Shown: positions 27,296 to 37,784, counted from the first letter of the stretch. The stretch: DNA of 64,000 nt from Candidatus Daviesbacteria bacterium RIFCSPLOWO2_01_FULL_39_23 (GCA_001776935.1 MFDN01000014.1:65464-129463); one strand, 5' to 3'. Numbers and translations are program-made. Notes: generated from the sequence alone by a model not told the origin.

Positions 27296-28414
27296 ATGAT
27301 TTTCATCCGGAATTATATTCTTCATCTTCTTTACAAAAATTTCCTCAAGCCAATCCTTTTTTTACTTGATCCGGAATTTATACATGACCGGATGACTATA
27401 TCCGGACGCTTGCTTGGCAGTAATGCTTTTACCCGCTTCCTGACATCAATATTTTTTTCTTACACTCATCCTGCTTTGGAGCAGGAAATTTTGGGAATTA
27501 AATTTAAAAACCCGATAGGCCTGGCAGCAGGATTTGATAAAGATGCTTACCTTCCTGGTATTTTACCTTCTGTTGGGTTTGGATTCACGGAGGTGGGAAC
27601 AATCACAGGCAAACCTTGTGAGGGCAACCCAAAGCCACGGCTTTGGAGGCTTAAAAATTCTAAAAGTTTGGTGGTTTATTACGGCTTAAAAAATGATGGC
27701 TGTGAAGAAATCTCCAAAAGGCTTAAAAATCAAAAATTCTCTATTCCGGTTATCACAAGCATTGGCAAAACAAACAGTAAGGAAACCATGGAAGAAAAGA
27801 AGGGTATTGCAGACTACTTAAAGGCCTACAAAGCTTTTTTGGATATCGGCCAAGTCTTTGATATTAATATCAGCTGTCCAAACGCTTTCGGCGGCTTGCC
27901 TTTTTCAGATCCTAAAAAGTTAGACAATCTGCTTTCTCAAATAGACAAAATTCCCTCCAAAAAACCCATTCTTTTGAAAATGCCTCCTGATTTAAAAGAT
28001 GGGGAACTTGATGAAATATTAAAAGTTGTCTCAAAACACAAAGTTTCCGGCTTTATTTGTTCCAATTTAACCAAAGACCGGAAAAAATCTGAAAGGAAAA
28101 TAACCGATAAATTTATTCCGGATCATGGGGGATTAAGCGGCAAGTTAGTAGAGGATTTGGCAAACGAACAGATTGCCAAAATTTATCAAAAAACCAAAGG
28201 GAAATATGTAATTATTGGTTTAGGAGGCGTTTTTAGCGCCGAAGATGCATATAAAAAAATCAAGCTTGGCGCATCTTTAATACAACTAATCACCGGCATG
28301 ATTTTTGAAGGACCTCAACTGATCAGTGAAATAAATTTTGGTTTGGTCAGATTGTTAAAAAAAGACGGCTTTAAAAATATTTCCCGAGCTATCGGTACAG
28401 CTTTTTCTTCTTAA
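27296..28414 (+). CDS. pyrD: Dihydroorotate dehydrogenase (quinone), class 2
   Basis: N-terminal membrane-associated helix, GLAAGFDKD, GFGFTEVGTIT, KPRLWRL, catalytic ISCPNAF, GGV...GASLIQ. Confidence 0.85.
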   Translation: MIFIRNYILHLLYKNFLKPILFLLDPEFIHDRMTISGRLLGSNAFTRFLTSIFFSYTHPALEQEILGIKFKNPIGLAAGFDKDAYLPGILPSVGFGFTEVGTITGKPCEGNPKPRLWRLKNSKSLVVYYGLKNDGCEEISKRLKNQKFSIPVITSIGKTNSKETMEEKKGIADYLKAYKAFLDIGQVFDINISCPNAFGGLPFSDPKKLDNLLSQIDKIPSKKPILLKMPPDLKDGELDEILKVVSKHKVSGFICSNLTKDRKKSERKITDKFIPDHGGLSGKLVEDLANEQIAKIYQKTKGKYVIIGLGGVFSAEDAYKKIKLGASLIQLITGMIFEGPQLISEINFGLVRLLKKDGFKNISRAIGTAFSS

Positions 28415-28450
28415 TCTGTCGCAAAAGTTGTATACTAATAAAGTATCAAT

Positions 28451-29911
28451 ATGGAAGAGTTTAACAAATCTACTTCTGCACCCGCGCCTGAAACTGCGCC
28501 TATACCTGCAGAACAAAAGATGGTTCCAACTCACAATAAGTTCAAACTTTCAAAAAAAATAATAATTTTGACAGGTATTTTACTAGTTATTTTAGCTGGT
28601 GTAACTGCTTATCTCATCTTTGTAAAAAATGCTAAGGAACCTCAAAGCCTTTCTCAAGCAAGTAATAACCAGCCGGTAACTTCTCCTAGCTCAATGCCTT
28701 CAACAGTAAACGCAAATTTACCTGAGACAAAATCAATTGACATTCTAAACCCATTAGCTTTAATTAGAGCTGCATTTGTTAGAAATGGCAGCATCTACCT
28801 ATACGAGGACGGCAAAGAAAAACTAGTCGCTAAAGCAGCACAAAAAACAACCCAACAGGCTTGTTATAATCTCACATACCCATTCTTATCACCCAGCGGC
28901 AAGTACCTGGCTTACATTGAACAAATAGGTGAGCAGCCTGGTTATGGAGGGTGTTTAGAAGGTTTTTTGCGTATTGTAGACACCTCAACCGGAGTTAATA
29001 AACCTACTAGCTACAAAGTAGTTTTTTTCAATTGGACTCCTTCCAACCTGCTTAACTTTTCCCCCGGTCGAGAAGCATCACAAGCACCGCGAAAATATAC
29101 TGTAAAGAATATCTATTTTGACCCTACTGCACAAAAGGAAACAGTATTTGAAACAGTTATAGACCAAGATAAAAACACATGGGCTGATACTATGCTTTCA
29201 GCAGATTACCCATCTGATGATTTAAATAAGCTTGTAAGATTTAAGGATAGTAAGTATTACTTTGTTGATAATGGTTCTAATAAAGAAATTTTACTTTTTG
29301 ATAAAACCCAAATTACAGGTTTCCTTCATTGGTCACCCAGTGGCAGGTATGCAGTTTTTGAAAGTATAAAGAAGCCAACAAAGGCTTTTAATACTATAGA
29401 ATTAATAGTAGACACACAAAACCTTTCTGCAACACCTAAAGAGATTACAGTTGGTCTAGGCTCAGCTGGCGGTGATTTTTCAACAGGCCGTAAATGGTAT
29501 TTTGAAAAAGGGTTTGTAACCTATTGCAGGCAAGACTTATATTTTGTAGACGGAAGTCAACCATTAGAATTAACTAATGACGGTGGCGGAGGTTGTCATA
29601 ATGAAGAAGGTTTTGTAGCCACTTCACCTGGTGGGGAATACGCTTTTGTGAAGTTTAAAGATAGGTTTGAGGTTCATACAAAAGATGGGAATAAAACAGC
29701 AATCAAAGAAACAACTGCATTAACCAAGGCAAGAGGCGAGCCTAAAAATCTTATCTGGTTGAATGATGATTATATGGTAATTTTTGAAAGTACATATGGC
29801 GGGTATTCTGGTTCAGATAAAAAACCGAATGTTCACCTTTTTGACCGCAAAGCAAACATTATAAAACCTTTGATTGAAAATGCGTATCTTATTGATAGCC
29901 TGCCAAATTAA
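28451..29911 (+). CDS. Membrane-anchored extracytoplasmic protein with TolB-like beta-propeller repeats (hypothetical)
   Basis: N-terminal TM; repeated SPSGKYLAY / WSPSGRYAVFES motifs. Confidence 0.4.
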   Translation: MEEFNKSTSAPAPETAPIPAEQKMVPTHNKFKLSKKIIILTGILLVILAGVTAYLIFVKNAKEPQSLSQASNNQPVTSPSSMPSTVNANLPETKSIDILNPLALIRAAFVRNGSIYLYEDGKEKLVAKAAQKTTQQACYNLTYPFLSPSGKYLAYIEQIGEQPGYGGCLEGFLRIVDTSTGVNKPTSYKVVFFNWTPSNLLNFSPGREASQAPRKYTVKNIYFDPTAQKETVFETVIDQDKNTWADTMLSADYPSDDLNKLVRFKDSKYYFVDNGSNKEILLFDKTQITGFLHWSPSGRYAVFESIKKPTKAFNTIELIVDTQNLSATPKEITVGLGSAGGDFSTGRKWYFEKGFVTYCRQDLYFVDGSQPLELTNDGGGGCHNEEGFVATSPGGEYAFVKFKDRFEVHTKDGNKTAIKETTALTKARGEPKNLIWLNDDYMVIFESTYGGYSGSDKKPNVHLFDRKANIIKPLIENAYLIDSLPN

Positions 29912-30080
29912 TTCCTAGGTGCTAATACCTTCAGTAGTTTGTCTTTTAAGGTAATACATTTGTTAGTGTCCTTCGGCAGGCTCAGGGCCTTTCGATTCTT
30001 TTAATCATTATATCAGTAGGATCTTAAGTTACGGGAGTCGAAGACCTTGAGTGAGGTCGATTTATCGACCGAATCGAAAG

Positions 30081-30097
30081 GTCGGGGTGGAGAGAAT
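30081..30097. repeat. 17-nt copy of tRNA-Pro 3' end (T-arm/acceptor 3' half)
   Basis: gtcggggtggagagaat identical to 30226-30242 at the 3' end of the tRNA-Pro gene 130 bp away; immediately preceded by an element with inverted repeats ggcctttcgattc...gaatcgaaaggtc (29988-30083). Confidence 0.6.
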
Positions 30098-30226
30098 AAG
30101 AACCTTTCGCTACGCTCAAGAACCTTGCGACCTTCGGTCTTTGAACCGCACTTCGTGCTGGACTTAAATTCTCATTCCACAAATTTGCTTCAGAACCTCC
30201 ACCTTTGGCGGAGAACCTGAATCAAG

Positions 30227-30298
30227 TCGGGGTGGAGAGAATTGAACTCTCTACATCTGCGTCCCAAACGCAGCGGTCTACCGATGACCTACACCCCG
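30227..30298 (-). tRNA. tRNA-Pro (anticodon TGG)
   Basis: Minus strand: CGGGGTG-TA-GGTC-ATCGGTA-GACC-G-CTGCG-TTTGGGA-CGCAG-ATGTA-GAGAG-TTCAATT-CTCTC-CACCCCG-A. Confidence 0.85.
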
Positions 30299-30366
30299 GA
30301 ACAGGTCTTAATCAAACCTGAGTTAGTATTGTACCAGAACTTTGGCCTTGTTAGAATACTAATTAG

Positions 30367-32046
30367 GTGAAAATTGAAAGATCTGTCCTTTTTTTAATCA
30401 TCATAGGCTTCCTGATATATTTTAACGGCTTATTCGGGTCTTTTGTCTGGGATGATGAGGAGCAAATAGTTGCAAACGGAATAATTCACTCAATTAAAAA
30501 TATCCCACACCTTTTTTTAGGCAGCACTTTTAACCCGGGTGGGGCAAGCTCTTTAGGAGGAATGTACTACAAACCCTTAATGAGTGTTTCTTTCTCTTTT
30601 CTTTATTCTGTTTTTGGTTCTAATCCTTTTTTCTTTCATCTGTTCCAACTACTTATTCACATCGCAAACGCCTTGTTGGTATTTTATTTTTTTAAATATT
30701 TTTTTAATCAAAAGGCCGCTTTTTTTGCATCTTTATTTTTTCTAATCCATCCTGTAAATAGCGAAGCCGTGCTGTATGTTTCCGCTCTTCAGGACACCCT
30801 GTTTTTCTTCTTTGGAATGCTGGTGATGAATTTGTTAAAAAAAGGATCAGGAAAAATCTCCACTGTTTTTTTATCCGCATTTTTCCTTTTGTTGTCTTTG
30901 CTTTCAAAAGAAACAGGATCATTATTTTTTGTTGTTGCAATAGTTTTTAAATTTTTCTTTGAAAAAAATAAACGCTTTTTATATCTTTTTTCATTTTTTA
31001 TTGCCGGAGCAATTTATCTTTTCTTGCGTTTTGCGGTAGCCGGCATGTCTGTTGGTAAATTCGGACCTTCACCGATTATGATGGCAACTTTTTACGAAAG
31101 GCTGATAAATATGCCGCAAATTGCCTTCTTTTATTTAAAAACTTTTTTCTGGCCTGCTTCTTTGGCAATAGACAGACAGGAAATTATCAGGGAAGTTAGT
31201 TTTTATAATTTCTATCTTCCCCTGATTTTTGTTTTATTATTCCTGTCTGTAACCGGCACTGCCCTATTTTTGATTTACAAAAGAAATGGGAACAATTTTA
31301 AGATCTGTCTTTTCTTTTTATTATGGTTTGGCTTAGGGATGGGATTGCATCTTCAGATTTTTCCTTTGGATATGGCGCTTGCGGAGAGGTGGTTTTATTT
31401 TCCTATAGCCGGCCTTTTAGGACTTGTATTAATTTCAGGCAGTCAATTTAACTTATTTAACCAAAAAAAACTTTTGTATTTTTTTGTAATTTTGATAATT
31501 TTTGCCTTATCAATCCGGACATTCATAAGAACCTTTGACTGGAGAAACGGGCTTACCCTTTTCAGTCATGATATAAAATTATCCGGCAAAAGCTTTAACC
31601 TTGAAAACAACTTAGGAGTGGGGCTTTTCAGGACCGGCAGAGTAGAGGAGGCAGCTATTCATTTTGAAAATTCAACCAAGCTCGCCCCTTATTGGTGGAC
31701 TAATTGGAATAATTTGGGGGTGATTTATGAGCGGCAAAAGGATTTTGAGAGAGCAGGGAAATCTTATCAAAAAGCAATTGATAACGGAAAGTATTACCTT
31801 GCCTACGAGAATTTAGCAGGCTTGTTTTTGAACCATAAAAAGTCCCCGAAAGAAGCCAAAGAATTTATTGAAAAATCCCTTATTGATTTACCCAACAATT
31901 GGAAGCTGCATTATATACTGGCCTTATCAGAGCTTCAGCTGGAAAACCGCGAACCTGCAATTCAATCAGCCCGAAAAGCTTACCAGCTTTCTCCAAATGA
32001 ACAAACCTACCGGTTACTAAAAAATATGGCAACTAATTCCCCCTAG
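30367..32046 (+). CDS. TMTC-like polytopic membrane protein with C-terminal TPR repeats (putative protein O-mannosyltransferase family)
   Basis: First loop [13 protein letters not shown] (DUF1736/TMTC DD motif), ~11 TM helices, C-terminal TPR-like repeats. Confidence 0.55.
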   Translation: MKIERSVLFLIIIGFLIYFNGLFGSFVWDDEEQIVANGIIHSIKNIPHLFLGSTFNPGGASSLGGMYYKPLMSVSFSFLYSVFGSNPFFFHLFQLLIHIANALLVFYFFKYFFNQKAAFFASLFFLIHPVNSEAVLYVSALQDTLFFFFGMLVMNLLKKGSGKISTVFLSAFFLLLSLLSKETGSLFFVVAIVFKFFFEKNKRFLYLFSFFIAGAIYLFLRFAVAGMSVGKFGPSPIMMATFYERLINMPQIAFFYLKTFFWPASLAIDRQEIIREVSFYNFYLPLIFVLLFLSVTGTALFLIYKRNGNNFKICLFFLLWFGLGMGLHLQIFPLDMALAERWFYFPIAGLLGLVLISGSQFNLFNQKKLLYFFVILIIFALSIRTFIRTFDWRNGLTLFSHDIKLSGKSFNLENNLGVGLFRTGRVEEAAIHFENSTKLAPYWWTNWNNLGVIYERQKDFERAGKSYQKAIDNGKYYLAYENLAGLFLNHKKSPKEAKEFIEKSLIDLPNNWKLHYILALSELQLENREPAIQSARKAYQLSPNEQTYRLLKNMATNSP

Positions 32047-32129
32047 TGCCCAGGGTGGGAGTCGAACCCACACGACCTTGCGGCCATTGGATTTTAAGTC
32101 CAACGTGTATGCCATTCCACCACCTGGGC
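32047..32129 (-). tRNA. tRNA-Leu (anticodon TAA)
   Basis: Minus strand 83 nt with long variable arm: GCCCAGG...TTGGA-CTTAAAA-TCCAA-TGGCCGCAAGGTCGT-GTGGG-TTCGACT-CCCAC-CCTGGGC-A. Confidence 0.85.
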
Positions 32130-32241
32130 ATTAATTGAACTATTTTACCAAAAAGGTATTGATACTTCGAGTCTCAGTATTAATACTGTGCCAAACCGAA
32201 GTATTGACAATTGGAAGGATGTCTATTATTCTAGGTTTTCT

Positions 32242-32913
32242 ATGTTAAAGATACGCAAACAACTTCTTTTCTTAGCACTCTTTTCAATTGTCGGATTTAT
32301 TACCCTACAAATTCCTTTTAATAAAGTCATGGGGTCAAATGTTTCATTCACCCTTTTTGACTTCTTCGGTCCAATTGCCGGAGGATTTTTAGGCCCTGTT
32401 TTAGGCATTGTTTCCGTTTTAGGAGTGGAGCTATTCAATTTATTTGTTAAACAAACCCCCCTGACAACAGGATCCATAATCAGACTTTTCCCGATCCTTT
32501 TTGCAGTCTTATACTTTGCCCTAATTCACAAAAAAGCTGCGCAGGGAAAATGGCTTCTTATAGTGCCCCTGTTTTGCATCGCAGCTTTTATCGCTCATCC
32601 AATCGGCAGACAGGTTCCTTATTACGCTTTAATGTTTTGGCTGATTCCTGTTATTGCATATTTTAAGAAAGATAATTTATTTGTAAAAAGCTTAGGCTCT
32701 ACCTTTACTGCGCATTCAGTGGGTGGAGCAGCCTGGATTTGGGCATTTAATTTACCGGCATCAGTCTGGAACAACCTTATCCCTGTGGTTATAGCCGAAA
32801 GAATCCTGTTTGCAGCAGGCATTGCTGCTTCCTACATTTTAGTAAAATACACCCTGACTTTTTTAATTTCAAAGAAAATTTTGCCCAAGCCGGAATTTAA
32901 TGCTTTATTCTGA
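32242..32913 (+). CDS. Hypothetical polytopic membrane protein
   Basis: ATG at 32242 (MLKIRKQLLF); 6-7 hydrophobic helices. Confidence 0.4.
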   Translation: MLKIRKQLLFLALFSIVGFITLQIPFNKVMGSNVSFTLFDFFGPIAGGFLGPVLGIVSVLGVELFNLFVKQTPLTTGSIIRLFPILFAVLYFALIHKKAAQGKWLLIVPLFCIAAFIAHPIGRQVPYYALMFWLIPVIAYFKKDNLFVKSLGSTFTAHSVGGAAWIWAFNLPASVWNNLIPVVIAERILFAAGIAASYILVKYTLTFLISKKILPKPEFNALF

Positions 32914-33526
32914 TTTAAAATTTCCCAAAAAAGTTGGCAGGCCTTTTTTCTATACAAACTTTGTTGCCACCCTTGACGGCAAGGTAGCGGTAAAAAAGCC
33001 CGGGTACTTTCCCATAGGCAGCAAAACAGACTACCAAACTTTAGTACAGTTAAGATCATATGCGGACTGTTTAATCCACGGCAAAAATTTAGCCGGAGAA
33101 TTTGGGGAAATCACGCTTCAAAGCTTAAATAAAATTTCCTTTAAAAAACTGCGCCGGAAACTGGGAAAACAGGAAAATTTGCCATACCTGATACTGACAA
33201 AACATATCGGTTCCTTACCAAAATCCCTGGGTGCCAACGTAATCCACCCTCCAGGTCGGATTTTCGGCCTGGCAAAATATCTTTATAGCAAAGGTTACAA
33301 AAATATTCTTGTAGAAGGAGGGCCAACACTACTGGGATCCTTTTTAAAAGAAAATTTAATTGATGAGTTTTTTTTAACAATAGCACCTAAAATCTTTGGA
33401 AGCGGAAAAGATACTTTAACTTTAGTAGAGGGCGTTTTATTTCCTCCCACAAAGATTAAAAGGCTTAAGCTGATATCGTTTAAGCAAATACATAATGAAA
33501 TATATTTGCGCTACCGCACAATTTAA
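32900..33526 (+). CDS. RibD C-terminal domain / dihydrofolate-reductase-family reductase
   Basis: FYTNFVATLDGKVA (substrate/NADPH N-terminal beta-strand), ILVEGGPTLLGSFL and EFFLTIAPKIFGSG typical of RibD_C/DHFR-like fold. Confidence 0.7.
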   Translation: MLYSDLKFPKKVGRPFFYTNFVATLDGKVAVKKPGYFPIGSKTDYQTLVQLRSYADCLIHGKNLAGEFGEITLQSLNKISFKKLRRKLGKQENLPYLILTKHIGSLPKSLGANVIHPPGRIFGLAKYLYSKGYKNILVEGGPTLLGSFLKENLIDEFFLTIAPKIFGSGKDTLTLVEGVLFPPTKIKRLKLISFKQIHNEIYLRYRTI

Positions 33527-33547
33527 GCCATTTTAACCTTTTCGCTT

Positions 33548-33808
33548 TTAACGATCTTCTCTGGGACGAGCAATGTTAACAACGATCTTGCGACCTTCAA
33601 CATCTGCACCATTAAGATTTTTGACTGCGTTTTGAGCTTCTTCATCAGTAGACATCTCGACGAAACCAAATCCTCTGGATCTGCCTGTCTCACGGTCTTT
33701 AACAACCTGTGCTGAGACAACATTACCAGCCTGAGCAAAAATCTCACCAAGCTTGGCATCATCAACAGCCCAAGGTAAAGAACCTACGAACAATTTTCTG
33801 TTATTCAA
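33548..33808 (-). CDS. RRM-domain RNA-binding protein
   Basis: RNP2 KLFVGSL and RNP1 RGFGFVEM; 86 aa. Confidence 0.85.
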   Translation of the reverse strand: MNNRKLFVGSLPWAVDDAKLGEIFAQAGNVVSAQVVKDRETGRSRGFGFVEMSTDEEAQNAVKNLNGADVEGRKIVVNIARPREDR

Positions 33809-34009
33809 TTCAACTCACCTCCCTTTCTTTTCAATTTACTGTGGAGGTGAATTACTGTAAAAACACTAAATACACTTTAACCACTGTGTATATTATCCCA
33901 AATTTATCATAAAATAGCAAATATGGCTAAGCGCCCGGTGTATTTGACGCGCGCAGACTGCGTGCCGAAAACAGAAGACGGGGATTGTTACACAAAGGAT
34001 GACTGAGCA

Positions 34010-34042
34010 CGCAAAAAGCGCGCAAGTAATCGCGCAACCTAT
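34010..34042 (-). terminator. Rho-independent terminator of fic (33-nt repeat copy 1)
   Basis: On minus strand GCGCGATTACTTGCGCGC + UUUUU immediately after the fic stop codon. Confidence 0.6.
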
Positions 34043-35091
34043 GATTTAAGCGTATAATAAATTGCAACCCCTGCGCCTTCCTGTTTAATCAACCCCTTCT
34101 CAATCAGTCTTTTTAATTTAAGCTGAGCGGTGCGTTTGGCAACTTTTAAAATATCCACCACGTCATCAGATGTAATCCTGCCTACGGTGGTAAGGAATTC
34201 TATAAGAGGAATCTCGTCTTTATCGACAAAAATCTGTTCGCCTTTTCCGGGGACCTTATCCAAACCGGTGCTTTGGATATCATCTCTCACCCGCATTGCT
34301 TCCACCAAAAAGCCTTCAGTGAAATATTCCAACCATGAAGTAATATCATGTCCAATTCTTTCCCGATAGGTTTTCTCAATTTGAAGGGCGTTATAATACT
34401 CCAAACGGTCCTGATTATAGTATTCATCTAAAACCAAGATCTTCCGGAAATCCCAACTATTTTGCATAAGGTGCAATTGGGTGAGCAATCGGGTGGTCCT
34501 GCCGTTTCCATCTGTGAACGGGTGAATAGAGGCAAATTCCAAATGCAAAATCCCTGCACTAATAACCGGATGAAGCCCTTCGCGGCTAGCCTTTTTCAGC
34601 CAGGCTATCAAATCGAAAACCAACGCAGGCACTTTTTTAGCAGAAGGCGGCCGGTACATGATTTTATCAATATTGCCGACAGTATTTACCACATATACGG
34701 TAGAGGGGCGGAAATAACCGCTTTTGCGCGGCTCCAAAACACCTTTCGTAACTTCTTTTTGGATCACCAGTACATCTTCAATGTCAAAAGCCTTTTCTTC
34801 TGCCAGTTTGTCCACTAAAAGAAGAGCATCCTGATAATTTTTCACCTCATCAATAGATTTAGGGTCTGCCATAACTTTTTCACCACCCAAAACCTTATTC
34901 ACCTGGAATTGAGCCAGTTTGTTTCCTTCAATTGAAGTTGAAGTGTGAACCATTTTCACTATTGCCTGACGCCGAAGTTCTATTTCCCTTTGAGGCAGTA
35001 CACGCGAGCGTTCAACAATAGTTTTAATCTCGGAAATTTTACTGATTTTATCTAAAATTGATGTAGTAATTGTATATTTTGGATCGAACAT
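34039..35091 (-). CDS. fic: Fic-family protein (AMPylase/phosphocholine-transferase-type fold) with C-terminal winged helix
   Basis: Canonical Fic motif HPFTDGNGRTTR; C-terminal DVVDILKVAKRTAQLKLKRLIEKGLI HTH. Confidence 0.85.
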   Translation of the reverse strand: MFDPKYTITTSILDKISKISEIKTIVERSRVLPQREIELRRQAIVKMVHTSTSIEGNKLAQFQVNKVLGGEKVMADPKSIDEVKNYQDALLLVDKLAEEKAFDIEDVLVIQKEVTKGVLEPRKSGYFRPSTVYVVNTVGNIDKIMYRPPSAKKVPALVFDLIAWLKKASREGLHPVISAGILHLEFASIHPFTDGNGRTTRLLTQLHLMQNSWDFRKILVLDEYYNQDRLEYYNALQIEKTYRERIGHDITSWLEYFTEGFLVEAMRVRDDIQSTGLDKVPGKGEQIFVDKDEIPLIEFLTTVGRITSDDVVDILKVAKRTAQLKLKRLIEKGLIKQEGAGVAIYYTLKS

Positions 35092-35115
35092 AAGCCTATT
35101 ATATCATAAATATCG

Positions 35116-35148
35116 CGCAAAAAGCGCGCAAGAAATCGCGCAACCTAC
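35116..35148 (-). terminator. Rho-independent terminator of the TerC-like gene (33-nt repeat copy 2)
   Basis: Same sequence as 34010-34042 with one mismatch (cgcaaaaagcgcgcaag[a/t]aatcgcgcaaccta). Confidence 0.6.
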
Positions 35149-36053
35149 ACCACAACTTTTCTTGATTTTAGGAAAAAGTATCCCACAATCAAAGCTGTTG
35201 CTATTGGGGAAAGCCAGGTGGGGATATGCAAGCCGAAACTATCCATAAGCATGATGGTGCCTAAAATTAAAATAGAATACATGGCGCCGTTTTTTAGGAA
35301 AACATATTTTTTAATTCTTTCAATATTGCCAAGCGTCAATTCCCTGACCACAAATGCTCCGATCCCATTACCCAATAAAATCAACGGTACAGAAAGGGTA
35401 AAGGCAAAGGCCCCAATTACACCGTCTATGGAAAATGTGGCATCAATCACCTCAAGGTACAAAATTTTGCTAAAGTCACTTTTGGTGGAAGAAAACAGTT
35501 TCTCCTCTGCTTTCTTGGCGTTTTCCTTAAAACCGTGGGTGATAAAAAACGCTGTTGACCCGACAACCGCCCCGAAAGCCATCATCGGATTAATTTTTAG
35601 CGCAAACCAAACTATTACTGCAAGGATTACGGAGACTACCGCATAAAACCAAACGCCCTGCGAATAGAAAAACTTTTCTCCACGAAGACCAAACTGTTTC
35701 GGCTCCAGGAATAACCAGTGAAAAAAGAGAAATATTAAAAAAATGCCCCCGCCGGATAATAAAATAGGCGCAGAAGCCTCTATGGCCGCAATTACAGCCG
35801 GGTCAGAGCTTAAAGCCGCGGTGAATGCACCTATCGGTCCAAGCGAAGGATTTGTTGCCCAAACAATTGCCCACGGAAGCAAACCCCGAAGCAAGAAAAC
35901 CGCAATTAAAAGGCCCCAAAGCAAAAACCACTTACGGGCTTTTTGCGCCATGGTGGATAAAACTTCCGCATTGATAATTGCATTATCAATGGAAGATATC
36001 GTCTCAAATAAAATAAGCCCTGAAACTACCAGTACAATTGATAAAATATCCAT
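35145..36053 (-). CDS. TerC/DUF475-family integral membrane protein
   Basis: N-terminal ETISSIDNAIINA (SIDNA motif of TerC/YkoY-type proteins), 7-8 TM helices. Confidence 0.5.
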   Translation of the reverse strand: MDILSIVLVVSGLILFETISSIDNAIINAEVLSTMAQKARKWFLLWGLLIAVFLLRGLLPWAIVWATNPSLGPIGAFTAALSSDPAVIAAIEASAPILLSGGGIFLIFLFFHWLFLEPKQFGLRGEKFFYSQGVWFYAVVSVILAVIVWFALKINPMMAFGAVVGSTAFFITHGFKENAKKAEEKLFSSTKSDFSKILYLEVIDATFSIDGVIGAFAFTLSVPLILLGNGIGAFVVRELTLGNIERIKKYVFLKNGAMYSILILGTIMLMDSFGLHIPTWLSPIATALIVGYFFLKSRKVVV

Positions 36054-36087
36054 TTATGATTAAAATACTTTAATACAAATCATCGGT

Positions 36088-37434
36088 ATGGGCAATATAT
36101 TGAAAAAAATCGACCAAAAGGTGTTTGGGAAACTATTTATTATACTTGCAGTTTTTCTTATCGGACTTGGACTTGGTAGGGAGTATCTTTCTAAAAATCA
36201 AAATCCTAACTCTTACACGCAAAATACCCTGAATGCTTTTATCTCTGAAATTTATGACAAAGTCAAAGAAAATTACTGGAATAATATTTCAGATGCAGAG
36301 CTTTTGGAGCTTTTCAAATTATCCATTGAAAAAAATAACGGCAATATAAACGTATCTAAATTCGAAGATAAGAATAATCTTTTAACTGGGTTTTCAAATG
36401 CAACGTCCGGCATGAATGATGAAGAAAAAAATAAGTTTACAGCTTTAGTAGCCGCATCAGTATTATCATCACTAACCCCTGTTGGAAGATCAGGTTTGTA
36501 TACCCAGGCTTTGGAACAGCAGCTAAAAAACAAGGTGGAGAACGTAAATCCGGGAAAAGATTTGTATAAGGATCTGGGTCTGCAAAAAGGCGCCTCGGAA
36601 GCAGCTGTAAAACAGGCATATCAAAACAAAGCAAATGAGCTTTCAGGAGATAAGTCCCCAAAATCACAGGAAAAATTGAAAAGCCTAAGTTATGCCAGGG
36701 ATACTTTGACTCAAAAAGACACCAAAGAAAAATATGATCAAAAAGGTGTGGAGCCGACTATTTTCTCCCGCATTGAAGGGTCCGGAATTTTGTATGTCCA
36801 ATTTAAAAAATTTTCCCCCACATCTTTGGAAGAATTTAAGAAAACTTTTGAAAAGTATAAAGATAATACAGCCCTTACAGCTTTAATTTTCGATCTTCGC
36901 GGAAACATCGGCGGAGCAATAGATTCCTCAGCTTACTTTTTAGGATATTTTCTGGGTAAAGGCCAGTATGCTTTTGATTTCTACCATAAAGGTGAATATA
37001 TCCCTTTTAAAACTCAAACAGACAAGCTTCCTTCCGCTGCAAAATTTAAACAAGTTGTTGTACTTATTGATCAAAATACGCAGTCTTCCGCAGAAATGAT
37101 GGCCGCATCTTTTAAGAGATATCATTTGGGGGCAGTTTTAGGAGTCCCTTCCAAAGGCTGGGGAACTGTGGAGCGGGTTTTCCCTTTGGAAAACCAAATA
37201 AGGGGCAGCGAGAAATATTCGCTGTTTTTAGTTCATTCGCTTACCTTGCGTGATGACAATCAGCCGATTGAAGGCAGGGGAGTGGAACCGGATATAAATA
37301 TTAATGATCAAAACTGGCCGCAAAAACTGTTTCTATATTTTAATAATCCGGATTTGGTTGAGACAATTAAAAAAGTAATGAGCTACAAAGATTCAGGCTT
37401 TTCAGGGTCATATTCTTTAGAAAACCCGAAGTGA
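36088..37434 (+). CDS. S41-family (C-terminal processing/tail-specific) peptidase-like protein, membrane-anchored
   Basis: N-terminal TM; LIFDLRGNIGGAID matches S41 DLRxNxGG active-site region; later SSAEMMA resembles the catalytic Ser block. Confidence 0.65.
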   Translation: MGNILKKIDQKVFGKLFIILAVFLIGLGLGREYLSKNQNPNSYTQNTLNAFISEIYDKVKENYWNNISDAELLELFKLSIEKNNGNINVSKFEDKNNLLTGFSNATSGMNDEEKNKFTALVAASVLSSLTPVGRSGLYTQALEQQLKNKVENVNPGKDLYKDLGLQKGASEAAVKQAYQNKANELSGDKSPKSQEKLKSLSYARDTLTQKDTKEKYDQKGVEPTIFSRIEGSGILYVQFKKFSPTSLEEFKKTFEKYKDNTALTALIFDLRGNIGGAIDSSAYFLGYFLGKGQYAFDFYHKGEYIPFKTQTDKLPSAAKFKQVVVLIDQNTQSSAEMMAASFKRYHLGAVLGVPSKGWGTVERVFPLENQIRGSEKYSLFLVHSLTLRDDNQPIEGRGVEPDININDQNWPQKLFLYFNNPDLVETIKKVMSYKDSGFSGSYSLENPK

Positions 37435-37784
37435 GATCTAACTCCGTATGGGCTTACGGTTCGCACCTGTGATCCGAATACACCTCCTTCATTATCATAA
37501 ACAACAGTCCATGAACTTCCCTCCATAGACTGAATAGTCCAACCATCCGGCAAACTGGTTATGTTATGATAAGAAGTACCGGGAGGAGCTGGTTCGATAC
37601 ATATACCATGTTTTGCAAATATATCCAGGGGATACTTTCGACCTGCATTATCACGGGTTGCAATTTCAAAAACCGGTTTATCAGTTTGGGGTGCAACTTG
37701 GGCAGCGACAACCGGAACTAAAGGGGGTTTACCTCTTTCTTGGACAAGTCCGTTAAGATCAAAAAATTCCGGCTTTACTGCCAT
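37383..37784 (-). CDS. Hypothetical protein
   Basis: 133-aa ORF; no motif. Confidence 0.3.
   Translation of the reverse strand: MAVKPEFFDLNGLVQERGKPPLVPVVAAQVAPQTDKPVFEIATRDNAGRKYPLDIFAKHGICIEPAPPGTSYHNITSLPDGWTIQSMEGSSWTVVYDNEGGVFGSQVRTVSPYGVRSHFGFSKEYDPEKPESL

Noticed and set aside
30040-30110. Second tRNA next to tRNA-Pro
   Set aside because: Only the 17 nt of the 3' end are duplicated; upstream sequence cannot form D/anticodon arms or a 5' acceptor strand.
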